Assembly: GCF_006345805.1 (NCBI RefSeq) | Contig: NC_043005.1 | Span: forward strand, 51,274,001-51,338,000 | DNA from: Octopus sinensis | Lineage: Eukaryota | Direction: 5' to 3' | DNA length: 64,000 nucleotides | Shown here: piece by piece, positions 13,238 through 24,782 of the stretch | How the letters are laid out: every line of letters starts with the position of its first letter | Numbering within the stretch: position 1 is the stretch's first letter | Program-made: the position numbers and the translations under genes | Notes under the pieces: model-generated | What the model saw: only the letters and a program-made list of their open reading frames with translations | What the model was told of the DNA's origin: nothing | Database searches by the model: none

Positions 13238-13420
13238 TTCCAACGACAACTACGGCAGCCACAACAACTACGGCAGCCACAACAACTACAGCAGCCACAA
13301 CTAAACCTACCACTGTTGTTTCTACATCGAAGCCACCAACAACAGTATCAGCCTCACCTACTACCACATCCTCTCCCACAACAACACCTGTGGCATCTAC
13401 GACAACGCCACCAACTACAG
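13238..13420 (+). CDS. Exon B1: Thr-rich mucin-like stalk (PTTTTAATTTTAA...PPTT), phase 1-1
   Basis: cattccacacag acceptor, cag|gtatgt donor, 183 nt, open frame. Confidence 0.85.
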
Positions 13421-13618
13421 GTATGTGAAATTTTGTGTTATCGTTCGGTTCTCTAACAAAACCTCTCCACTGCCTTTCCCGCATAAAATCAACGATTATC
13501 TGCTGGAAATATGGTGAGATCTTTCATATCACTGAACTGTTATTATTCATTGAAAACACACGTATTAATTGATTCTGTTGATATGCATTTGTCTATTTCC
13601 TGCTTTCCTTCTACACAG

Positions 13619-13896
13619 TTCCTACGACAACTTCGGTACCATGTCAGCTGGTTGACACAATGACCGATCTAACGGATGACGAGATTGTTCCATCGTCTTT
13701 GAAAACTGGCAGTCAAGCGACGGATGTGCGTCCTGGTGGTGAGGTGTGGACTCCTGCTAAGACTGACAGCTCGCCAAGCATCACGTTTACTTTTACACAC
13801 ACTCGCGATATCCGGAAAGTGCAAATCACGTCATTAACAAACGTCCAAGCTTTCAGCCCTACCGTTGTGTCGCCAAAGTCCAAATTGGAACCTGGA
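13619..13896 (+). CDS. Exon C1: N-terminal part of a divergent discoidin/F5-8C-like domain (PCQLVDTMTD...VWTPAKTDSSPSITFTF...EPG), phase 1-0
   Basis: ttctacacag acceptor, gga|gtaagt donor at 13897, open frame. Confidence 0.85.
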
Positions 13897-14296
13897 GTAA
13901 GTAAGATCACTTCTATTCGCATATACGCTGATAACACTCTCTATCAAAGTGTTAATATTTTCAATTTTAATCCACTCTTCTAAGCAGAGCGCATATAACA
14001 CTTTTCTACTTACGCACAATTCTATCGGACACTTTTGACATTCACATAACTTTGTCATGCATCGTCATATTCCAAAAGTAACACTGCTTAGTTTAGAAGC
14101 ACCTTTAAATGTCCTATAGATTTTCCAGGTATGTCTTTTAAAAGGAAGCCTCCTATTATGATAGACGCAAAGTATATTGGCATTTCCTCCCATATCACCA
14201 CTCCATTAGTCAGTAGCAAATATTCCATTCACGCTTCACACAACCCTGTTTATTCAATGATCACTATTCTTATGATTACGTCAAATTCGTATTTAG

Positions 14297-14594
14297 ATGT
14301 TTCCTGCAAATGAAATCTATGAAATTAAGGCTGACGTCGAAGTGAAGTCGCTGACGATTACGTTTCATCGAACAAACCCTCAACTAGCTATGTCAGCTGA
14401 GGTCAAGATATGGGAATGCAAGAAGCAAAAGCCAACAACAGCAGCAACGACAACACAGTCAACTGCGACGACAACTGCGAAAACAACTACGGCAGCCACG
14501 ACAACTACAACAGCCACAACTACAGCAGCCACAACTAAACCTACCACTGTTGTTTCTACATCCAAGGTACCAACAACAAAAGTATCAGTCTCCC
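14297..14594 (+). CDS. Exon D1, cut by the assembly gap: end of discoidin-like domain (MFPANE...EVKIWEC) plus Thr-rich stalk
   Basis: cgtatttag acceptor at 14296; matches 14732 onward until the Ns begin at 14595. Confidence 0.75.
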
Positions 14595-14694
14595 NNNNNN
14601 NNNNNNNNNNNNNNNNNNNNNNNNNNNNNNNNNNNNNNNNNNNNNNNNNNNNNNNNNNNNNNNNNNNNNNNNNNNNNNNNNNNNNNNNNNNNNN
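14595..14694. other. Assembly gap (100 N) inside the exon-cassette tandem array
   Basis: Ns in the sequence; ~335 bp left of the gap recur immediately right of it. Confidence 0.98.
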
Positions 14695-14731
14695 ATCACT
14701 ATTCTTATGATTACGTCAAATTCGTATTTAG

Positions 14732-15080
14732 ATGTTTCCTGCAAATGAAATCTATGAAATTAAGGCTGACGTCGAAGTGAAGTCGCTGACGATTACGTTT
14801 CATCGAACAAACCCTCAACTAGCTATGTCAGCTGAGGTCAAGATATGGGAATGCAAGAAGCAAAAGCCAACAACAGCAGCAACGACAACACAGTCAACTG
14901 CGACGACAACTGCGAAAACAACTACGGCAGCCACGACAACTACAACAGCCACAACTACAGCAGCCACAACTAAACCTACCACTGTTGTTTCTACATCCAA
15001 GGTACCAACAACAAAAGTATCAGTCTCCCCTACTACCACACCTTCTCCCACAACAACAACTGTTCCATCTACGACAGCAG
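14732..15080 (+). CDS. Exon D1': discoidin-like C-terminal part plus Thr-rich stalk, phase 0-1
   Basis: atttag acceptor, cag|gtatgt donor at 15081, 349 nt. Confidence 0.85.
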
Positions 15081-15286
15081 GTATGTGAAATTTGAATTAA
15101 CTTCCATTCTCTAGTAATACCATCCCGCTGCCTTTCCCACAGGCTTTCACGCGTTATGACAATGATTTTCTTCTGGATATATCGTGAAATCTTCCAAATC
15201 ACTTACCTGTCAGTATACATTCAATGACACCTGTTGATAATTCAGTTGATATATATTTATCAATTTCCTTCTTTCATTCCACACAG

Positions 15287-15466
15287 TTCCAACGACAACT
15301 ACGGCAGCCACAACAACTACGGCAGCCACAACAACTACAGCAGCCACAACTAAACCTACCACTGTTGTTTCTACATCGAAGCCACCAACAACAGTATCAG
15401 CCTCACTACACACATCCTCTCCCACAACAACCCCTGTGGCATCTACGACAACGCCACCAACTACAG
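15287..15466 (+). CDS. Exon B2: Thr-rich stalk, 3 nt shorter than B1, frame kept
   Basis: Same splice sites as B1; 180 nt. Confidence 0.8.
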
Positions 15467-15662
15467 GTATGTGAAATTTTGTGTTATCGTTCGGTTCTCT
15501 AACAAACCTCTCCACTGCCTTTCCCGCATAAATCAACGATTATCTGCTGGAAATATGGTGAGATCTTTCATATCACTGAACTGTTATTATTCATTGAAAA
15601 CACACGTATTAATTGATTCTGTTGGTATGCATTTGTCTATTTCCTGCTTTCCTTCTACACAG

Positions 15663-15942
15663 TTCCTACGACAACTTCGGTACCATGTCAGCTGGTTGAC
15701 ACAATGACCGATCTAACGGATGACGAGATTGTTCCATCGTCTTTGAAAACTGGCAGTCAAGCGACGGATGTGCGTCCTGGTGGTGAGGTGTGGACTCCTG
15801 CTAAGACTGACAGCTCGCCAAGCATCACGTTTACTTTTACACACACTCGCGATATCCGGAAAGTGCAAATCACGTCATTAACAAACGTCCAAGCTTTCAG
15901 CCCTACCGTTGTGTGTCGCCAAAGTCCAAATTGGAACCTGGA
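15663..15942 (+). CDS. Exon C2: discoidin-like N-terminal part with a +2 nt frameshift (gttgtgtgtcgcc vs gttgtgtcgcc in C1)
   Basis: 280 nt vs 278 nt in C1; ORF track ends ...VVCRQSPNWNLE* instead of ...VVSPKSKLEPG. Confidence 0.75.
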
Positions 15943-16341
15943 GTAAGTAAGATCACTTCTATTCGCATATACGCTGATAACACTCTCTATCAAAGTGTTA
16001 TATTTTCAAGTTTAATCCACTCTTCTAAGCAGAGCGCATATAACACTTTTCTACTTACGCACAATTCTATCGGACACTTTTGACATTCACATAACTTTGT
16101 CATGCATCGTCATATTCCAAAAGTAACACTGCTTAGTTTAGAAGCACCTTTAAATGTCCTATAGATTTTCCAGGTATGTCTTTTAAAAGGAAGCCTCATA
16201 TTATGATAGACGCAAAGTATATTGGCATTTCCTCCCATATCACCACTCCATTAGTCAGTAGCAAATATTCCATTCACGCTTCACACAACCCTGTTTATTC
16301 AATGATCACTATTCTTATGATTACGTCAAATTCGTATTTAG

Positions 16342-16690
16342 ATGTTTCCTGCAAATGAAATCTATGAAATTAAGGCTGACGTCGAAGTGAAGTCGCTGAC
16401 GATTACGTTTCATCGAACAAACCCTCAACTAGCTATGTCAGCTGAGGTCAAGATATGGGAATGCAAGAAGCAAAGGCCAACAACAGCAGCAACGACAACA
16501 CAGTCAACTGCGACGACAACTGCGAAAACAACTACGGCAGCCACGACAACTACAACAGCCACAACTACAGCAGCCACAACTAAACCTACCACTGTTGTTT
16601 CTACATCCAAGGTACCAACAACAAAAGTATCAGTCTCCCCTACTACCACACCTTCTCCCACAACAACAACTGTTCCATCTACGACAGCAG
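16342..16690 (+). CDS. Exon D2: discoidin-like C-terminal part plus Thr-rich stalk, phase 0-1
   Basis: Near-identical to 14732-15080; donor is GTTCGT instead of GTATGT. Confidence 0.82.
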
Positions 16691-16905
16691 GTTCGTGAAA
16701 TTTGAATTAACTTCGATTCTTTAGTAATACCATCCCCCTGTCTTTCCCACTGGCTTTCACGAGTCAAGACAATGATTATCTTTTGGATATATTGTGAAAT
16801 CTTTCAAATCACTTTATTGTCATTATTCATTGAATGGCAGCTATTAATTTTCTGTGGATATGCATTTTCTTTTCTTTTTTTATTTCCTGCTTTCCTTCTG
16901 CACAG

Positions 16906-17105
16906 TTCCTACCATAAGTTCGGCGCATGAGCTGTGTAACACAATGACTGATCTGAAATATGATGAGATTGTTCCATCGGCTTTGAAAACTGGCCGTGAA
17001 ATAAATTATGTTTTTCCTGGAGGGAACGTGTGTTCTCCTGCTATGACTGACATCAATAAAATAACTATCGTTGCACATTTGGTATCTTTTTTATCGACCT
17101 CGTAA
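16906..17105 (+). pseudogene. Degenerate third copy of exon C (relic or short alternative exon; possible donor at 17082)
   Basis: ttctgcacag acceptor; NTMTDLKYDEIVPSALKTG...PGGNVCSPAMTD aligns to C1, then similarity is lost and a stop follows at 17103-17105. Confidence 0.6.
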
Positions 17106-17989
17106 TATTGAACGCATGAATTTATTCATATCGTTTCATGAAATTGCTTACCATCATGCCAAATATTTGAACCAATATTAAAGATATTTTTTTCCTTTAT
17201 GGCCTAACAATTCCCTTGAGTACTACTGTTTTTCCTTTTTTATCCGCTTTTTTTATGTATTTTATTGAGAGTTCTATATTCATAATATATACACAATGTT
17301 TATTTGTTCTCTTTTCTGTATTTTGTTGCAGTAAACTGATGTTTTGCTATGTGATTTATTTGCTTTCAAACCCTACGTTTTGACAACCGAAATTCCGTAT
17401 CACTTTTCTTTCTTTTTTGTTGATGCCTGAAGGAACTGATGCACTTATCAGTGTATATATTTGCTGCTGTAGAGTATTTTCTCCCACCTAATCTCATCCA
17501 ATAATTTTTTTTTTTTCATCTTCGAATACTACTTTAAACAAGCTTGGCCTGGATATCTGTCCTTTACGACGATAGGTGATCCGATCAACGGAACAGCCTG
17601 CTTGTGAAGTTAGCAAGCAAGTGACTAAATCTCCATAGACTAAATCTCCATAGACAATAAACGTAGTTCTCAGATTCAGAGGACACAGAATGTTACAAAG
17701 CCGGTCCTTTGAAATACAAGTACTACACACTTTTGACAGTAGAGTGGACTGGAGCATGGAGAAATAAAATGCACCGCTGGTAATCGAACTCTCGCTTTTA
17801 CGATCGTGAACCAAATGCCCTAGCCATAAAGCCACGCACCTTCTTAAATAAGATATATGTGGAAACACGTCAAGACCCTTCAATACGATGTTTTCTAATA
17901 GAGACACAAGGTCAACAATTTTCAATGTTAGTCGATGCAATTGACGCCAATACTTGACTGTTACAGAGTAATGAAAAGCAAGTTTAACG

Positions 17990-18560
17990 GCGGCAGAATT
18001 TGATCTGCGAACGAAAGTGCCAGAAGAAATACTGCAATACTACAAAGCATTTTTGGCGACGCTATATGTTCAGCTATTGCCTTTCACCCTTTCGGGGTCG
18101 ATAAAATAAGTTGCCAGTCGATTCCTCAAAACTGGCAGCTATGTGCTTAAATTAGAAGCATTTAAACTGAGGAGCTGACAGAATTGTTAGACCATCGGGA
18201 AATGCTTAGCATTATTTCCTCTAAGGCGGCGAGGTGGCAGAATCGTTAGCACGCCGGGTACAATATTTAGCAGTATTTCGCCCATGTTTACATTCTCAGT
18301 TCAAATTCCGCCGAGGTTGACTTTGCCTTTCACCCTTTCGGGGTCGATGAAATAAATACCAGTTGAGCACTGAGGTCGATGTAATTGACTTAGCTCCTTA
18401 CCACAAATTCCAGGCCTTGTGCCTATAGTTGAACGAATTATTTCCTCTACTTCTTTTCGTTCTGGGTTCAAATGCTGTCGGATTCATATTTTCCTTACAT
18501 CCCTCCGAGGTCGATAATTGTCAGTAAAATACTGGGATCAATTTAACTGATTTTCCCTTT
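17990..18560. mobile_element. Cluster of SINE copies and fragments in both orientations
   Basis: Repeated ttgcctttcaccctttcggggtcgat cores. Confidence 0.75.
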
Positions 18561-19934
18561 CCCCAAAAAATTGCTGCCTTTCTACCTAAATCTGATATCG
18601 TTGTTATTGTCGTTGCTTTATCGTGGAGCTTACAAAATGATTTTTTTACGGATTTTCCAATGGAAAATTGCTTTTGTTTTTTGCTTTGTTTCTCGTTTTA
18701 TCTGGGTTTTTTTGCTTATATTTTCTATTCTGGACAAGAGTTTTTTAAGATTTAACCTACTCCCTTATTACTGGTGCAGACAGAGGTTTGTCTTGACATA
18801 TTTTTTCTTGATTTTGTATATTTCTATAAGACTGCCATTTGCATCTTCATTTGCATTTCAAAACAACTACATCAAGAATTGTTGAAAGAAAGATGCGCCA
18901 TAATGATAAAAAGTTCACTTTGCAATTGTGTAGTCTCTGATTATTCCTAGAGCATGAAATCTTGGACAAGTATCTCGAGAAAACCCTAACTTTGTTACGT
19001 AAACTACGTAGACGGAAACTGTTCGGAAACTGTTCGGTTAGTGTCCCTTAAATCCAAAGACACAGTCTCGTCACATGCTGTTTGAAGCTGATTCTCTTAG
19101 AGAATTACGATAATGATATGCATATCTGTGAAGTATTTATCCACATCTAACGTTAATCCAAAGAGTAGATTATTCAATTAGTTGATCGAATAACTGTATA
19201 CTCACTGCCGAAATCGACAGAGGATCCATTTAAAAATTATGGTGTCTCAGAGAGTATCCAGAAAAAAGCAAAGACCACTGAAATTGTATGATACCCATTG
19301 CCCCCGCCCCCAAAGCGAGAACCGTATTCCCTTTCCGCCTCCGACACAGTATTGGTCATCTGCGCTATCTCATCGTGATGCGGCGTTTGAGAATCACATG
19401 AAGACTAGAGGAAAGTGAGAAGCCATCGGAAGCAGTAAAAATTCAGAAAGCAACAACAAAAAATAAGTACGAATTCAGACAAAGAACCAAAAAGGATACC
19501 GCATCCCCCCAACCCTTAACCCCCATCCACCAATTGCTGTCTGAAGGTCTTGAGTGCACGAAACTCGCGATTGTCTGAATTAATATCCTAATGCCTACAT
19601 AGCCTAAGAGAAAATAAATATATACTGCAAATATCGAATAGGAGATAGGAATCGAATACATCGACCTCAAAAATAATAAACTGTTACCGAAAACCATACC
19701 AATCATCTGTCGGGGACTAAGGGAGCACTCCACTAAGGATGAACAAATTTTCGGGTCTTGGCTAAAGCTAGAACTTCTCAAAAGTAATTAAGAACGTTCC
19801 TATTTGAAGAAGGTAATCAGAGCAGAAGTTGGTCAGAAATATGAAGATACCTGAACGTCCATAGGTGACAACTTTTCATTCTCTTTTTGTTGTCCTTATT
19901 TGATATTTTTTTACTAGATTTCTGTTTTGATATA

Positions 19935-20807
19935 CGTAGTCTGATCAATAAGTATCACGACTGTTGCTATAGTAACGAAGCTAAAGCACACAGAGTGAAG
20001 CCGCTTGTCACATATTGACCTTGAGTTCTGCTGTGCAGGTGCACTAAGTTTTAATGTTCACTCTCTCTTCCGTTATTTACAGCAGTGCTTGGAAGGAAGG
20101 TGTTTAGCGTGTGATCGTCGCATTGACAATGACAAAGTTGAGTGCAGAATCTGCATCAAATTTTGCCAAAAGCTTGGCACTACCTGCTCACAGGTTTTCA
20201 AAAAGTTTTCATCGACCTCGACACAATCAAGGAGATTTTTTGCAACTCAAAACCGAGTGTCTTTTTGGTCAACTGTAAGCAGTTTCTGCATAAACTTGGC
20301 ATACCCAAATTTTCAGTGATAATGTATTCAACTGAACCTGAACCGTAACTAATCTGCACATCCTCTGATAACTCGCGGATGGTGATTCACCGATTTCCTC
20401 TCACAGCTGCACGCACATATACGATGTTTTTCTCGGTTCTTCTGGTTGTGGGCCTCCCAGAACGTTCGTCAATATCGACATTTTCTCGGCCATCTTGGAA
20501 ACGTCTGAATCACTTGTACACTTGTGTGCGGCTCATACACTCCTCTCCATACACTTTCTGCGACTTTGCGTAGGCCTCTGAGCAGGTATTGCCATGAGAA
20601 CATTCTCTGTCATGGTCAATGCTACGATCACACGCTACACACCTTCCTTCCAAGCACTGCAGTAAACAGCGGAAGTGAGCTAACAAGTTAAAACTTACTG
20701 CGCATGCACAACAGAGTTCAAGATCAATCTTTGCTTAGCGGCTTCACTCTGCATACTTTAGATTCGTTACTATGGCCACAGCCCGGATACTTATTGATCA
20801 GACCTCG
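19935..20807. mobile_element. Non-autonomous mariner built from two 5' ends joined in inverted orientation, flanked by TA
   Basis: TIRs ta-cgtagtctgatcaataagtatc and gatacttattgatcagacctcg-ta; RICIKFCQKLG on + strand; MSRTQVY.WF.RF.DGRE...ERSGRP-type HTH to DENFLK on - strand. Confidence 0.85.
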
Positions 20808-20954
20808 TATTGTATTGCGCTTTACTTCAATCTCATTTATTATATATGTAAATCGTTACTTGTTTCATAATATGTCTTCTGGTATGCTTTGCATTATATG
20901 TACGGACTTTTGTATCTAAAAGAGATATGATTATTGTTGTTGCTGTTGTTGTTG

Positions 20955-22020
20955 TGAAAGGCGGCGAGCTGGTAGAATCGTTAGCACGCGGGGCAATATG
21001 CTTAGCAACATTTCGTCTATGTGCACGTCCTGAGTTCAGCTTTAACCGAGGTCGACTTTGCCTTTCGTTGTCGATAAAATATATACTAGTTGAGTACTGG
21101 AGTCGATATAATCGACTAGTCCCCCTCCTCCGAATTCCAGACCTTGTGTCTATATTAGAAATGATTATTATTATTTATTGTTGTTGGTGTTAAGGCAGTG
21201 AACTGGCAGAATCGTTAGTACGCCGAGCGAAATGCTTAACGGCATTTCGTCTGCGTTACGTTCTGAGTTCAAATTCCGCCGGGGTCGACTTTGCCTTTCA
21301 TCCTTTCGGGGTCGATAAATTAGGTACCAGTTACGCACTGGGGTCGATGTATTCGACTTAATACCTATGTCTGTCCTGTTGTCCCTTCTGTGTTTACCCC
21401 TTGTGGGTAATAAAGAATAGTATTCGTCCTCCACTACGTTTTGAGTTCAAATTCCGTTGAGGTCGGCTTGCCTTTCAACCGTTCGGGTTCGATGAATAAG
21501 TACCAGTTACGCACTGGGGTCGATGTAATCGACTTTCCCCTTCCCCAATAATTTTCAAGGCCTTGTGCCTAGCGTAGAAATAATAATAATTGTTGTTGCT
21601 GTGAAAGGCAACGAACTGGCAGAATTGTTAGCACGCGGGGCAAAATGCTTAGCGTATTTCGTCTGTCTTTACGTTCTGAGTTCAAATCCCGCCGAGGTCG
21701 ACTTTGCCTTTTATCCTTTCGGGGTCGATAAATTAAGTACCAGTTACGCACTGGGGTCGATGTAATCAACTTAATCCCTTTGTCTGTCCTTGTTTGTCCC
21801 CTCTACGTTTAGCCCCTTGTGGGCAATAAAGAAATAAGAATTGTTAGCACGCGGGACGAAATACGTCCGTCGTTACGTTCTGAGTTCAAATTCTGCCGAG
21901 GTGGACTTTGCCCTTCACCCTTTTGGGGTCGATAAATTAAGTACCAGTGAAACACTGGGGTCAATAAAATCGACTCGTCCTCTCCGCTAAAATTTCAGGC
22001 CTTGTGCTTTTAGCAGAAAG
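20955..22020 (+). mobile_element. Head-to-tail cluster of at least five SINE copies
   Basis: Starts near 20960, 21193, 21425, 21606 and 21840, all in the same orientation. Confidence 0.85.
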
Positions 22021-22199
22021 GATTGTTGTTGTTGTTGTTTATCTCTAGGACTAGATGTGTCGCGAACATTCTGTGAGTTATTCATCTATTTTCATTGTTA
22101 TAAATTTCTTTTGTTTCCGTTTTTGTTGTATCGTGTGTCATATTTTGAGCAGTTCATATGGATCTGAGCAAAAGATATTGTTATCTGCCCTAAGGGACG

Positions 22200-23700
22200 G
22201 AATTTTGAAAAGAATTACCTTGCTTTTGGAATATCTATTTAAAACTAAATTTGGTGGAGTCTTCCTCGCCAAAAGAAGAAGAAAAGATGGTGGGAAGTAG
22301 TTTTAAAGACGAAACTGTCTTCCGCCGTCAAATCATTGAAAGGGTAGTAACCGCAGACAACAGCAACAGCATCACCAACACCGACAAAAAAATATAAAAG
22401 AAACGTTAAAAAAACACTACCAGTATCGCCGCCGCCATCACAACGCCGACTAAAGCAACAACAACGAACAAGAAAAAAACAGGAGAAAGAAAAAGGACAT
22501 TCTACAAACATAAGTCAAAATTTAACCACCGCCTCTAGTATTACCACCATCAACGCCAACACAATAGCTGAAAACGACAAATATCATAAAGTAAGCATTA
22601 ACGGTTTCGCAACAGCAGTGCGTCAAACACAAGCAGATATAAAGCTGCCAATAGATGAGTTTAAAAATGCAAGACGCGTGTTAGAAAGAAAACGAAGAGT
22701 GCTTACGCTTAACACCCCTGAAAACATTGTAGAAGACACACACAGAAAGAAAATAATATGCAAAACAATAGGGATACAAATTCGTAGACTAGAATGGGCG
22801 ACACAGCAACAAATTGAAAAGTATTTACGACCAGTATGGCATGCGAAAACATATATTGCAAGCGATATGGCAATGTAGAGGTGAGATTTTCTACAGAGGA
22901 GAAGATAAGGAGGCATTCCACTTTTACCTTTAAAAAAGAAATTGCAGAAGCAGAACTGGTCGGGGTAGGCATGGTGCTGTGGGTGCATATGGATCAAGAA
23001 AGTCCAGAAGCACTCTTGGACATTATAAATTTGCCAGATGGCACTAACCTTCACTTTGTAAAACTCGCTTTTCTATAGTTTGTCTCTTTGACAAGAGCTG
23101 AAATCCTAGGTCATGCGTAGACTAAGTCGGGGTGTCTGGCACCTAGAGTGTCGTCAAGCACTCACAACCCTCTACGAGTCAGGCAATCCGACCAGTGGAA
23201 CTTCTACCATAGCGTTTTGTAGTGATTTAGGGATAAGTAAGAGCGACGAAACTGTTCTGCACACCCTCATACGGTGCCTGAGCAATGCTGAGTTATAAAG
23301 TTATGTTGAACATCTACTATTGCGTGCAGAACGAATTCGGTTATCAGCGAACTCCATCGTGAAGAGCAGCCGTTGCCTTCCTTTGGCCACGAAGAACAGG
23401 CAATTTTCCTCAACCTGGTAGTAGTAGCGTAAATGGTTGTGCGGTGGACAAGACTGAAAGGACTGAAGAGAGATGCTTTCCTCTTTTGGCCAAGCTCTTA
23501 TCAATTATTATTTTTTTAAAGTTTCATTTAAAAAAGGTGAACGTAGAGGAGATGCTGCAACCAGCCAGTAAATCTGTTGGGTAAATGAGCAAGGATGGCC
23601 TGATTGAGTGCACCTGTACGATGGAAAGAAAAGATGGGAGAGGGGTGCAACCTGTCTATGGTGCCCTTTTCGGTCGGGGTTGGGGAATTTTCTTAATCGT
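22200..23700 (+). mobile_element. Older, internally deleted Tx1-like LINE (ORF1-like part plus ORF2 C-terminal Zn region)
   Basis: 23235-23350 (SDETVLHTLIRC...YVEHLL...RLSANSIV) is homologous to the reverse complement of 6300-6420; 22618-23078 has ORF1-like text. Confidence 0.6.
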
Positions 23701-23965
23701 TACTGTTTGTTGTTTACACGAGTACATAAATCCATTCTGTTCCTATGTCTACGTTTTGTTCTAAATATATTCTGGCCCTTGTATGCTTCGTGTCATGCCA
23801 TCTGTCTCTACGTTCTAAGTTCAAATTCCACCGAGGTTAACTTACCATTCATCCATATATTTTGCGGTCGATAAAATAAGTACCGGTTGAACACTCCTTT
23901 AAAATTGCTGGTTTTGTGCCAAAATTTGAAACCATTATTATTTTTTTTTTTTTTTTTTTTAACAG

Positions 23966-24228
23966 TACCAGGTGTTTGTGAAGATCAGCTTAATGTAAAA
24001 GCCGAACAATTCAAAGCGAGCTCTGGTTCGGCAGCATCTGCTGTTCTGAGTCCCTCATCATCCGGTTGGTCTCCAGCCACTGAAAACGAAGAGTTAGTTA
24101 TCGATTTACAAAGAATGATTGATGTCACTGGATTGATTACTGAAAGCAGTCTGACTCGGTTGAAGATTCTCTACAAAATGGGAGAGATATGGAAAGCATA
24201 CACTGAATCCAGCAACGCCATAGCTTCG
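23966..24228 (+). CDS. Exon: F5/8 type C (discoidin) domain, N-terminal two thirds (VCEDQL...FKASS...GWSP...LVIDL...VTGLIT...IWKAY), phase 1-0
   Basis: Poly-T + aacag acceptor, tcg|gtaaat donor at 24229; FA58C motifs ASS, GW.P, L.IDL, VTG.T, W..Y. Confidence 0.9.
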
Positions 24229-24451
24229 GTAAATAACCTTATTTGAATTTCGGTAAACTCTTTGATGTTTTTATGTACATTTCTCAATATTTTACCGACA
24301 GAATAAAAAATGTATTTCATCTCATCGAAATATAGCTCAATATTTAAATAAGAAAAAAATGAACAAAGGGAAGATGTTCAACGTGGAAATAAACTATGTT
24401 AATGCAATTGTAAACACCATACATGTGTGTGTATACATCTCTCACTTCCTC

Positions 24452-24492
<41 letters not shown>

Positions 24493-24699
24493 ATATATAT
24501 ATATATAATATATATATATATAATATATATATATTATAATTAGGGTTCAGCAAAGATTTGCTTTATCACATACCAAATTTTAGAAATAGCAGCCAAAGAA
24601 CCTTATTTAAAAAGAGACTCCCGGACAAAAACAAAGTACTCGAAAACAATCCACGCAGGCAGAGAGGAAAAATAACGAAAATCAATCGATATTTGATTA

Positions 24700-24782
24700 C
24701 CCATGTACGCGTTTCGGAATTAGATCGGTATAAAGAATGTAGAATTTATACTTTACCCAAACATTTTCCTCTTCAGCATGGG
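24700..24782 (-). ncRNA. Type I hammerhead ribozyme motif in a ~300-bp element (24540-24836) flanked by (TA)n
   Basis: - strand: CCCAUG-CUGAAGA-GGAA...UUCC-GAAAC-GC-GUA-CAUGGG; 6-bp stem I, complete core, palindromic ACGCGU stem III. Confidence 0.78.

Larger units (their letters stand above)
12929..17105 (+). repeat. Tandem array of a ~1.61-kb exon cassette (exons B, C, D with their introns)
   Basis: 14732 to 16342 = 1610 bp; the 13238/15287 and 13619/15663 offsets equal one unit plus the 435-bp gap overlap. Confidence 0.95.

Noticed and set aside
13185-16661. Val-rich - strand ORFs (VVVVAAVVV)
   Set aside because: Antisense shadows of the Thr-rich exons
17494-17940. 148-aa ORF on the - strand in non-repetitive sequence
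   Set aside because: No recognisable motif or splice context; contains a 15-bp tandem duplication; not supportable without a search
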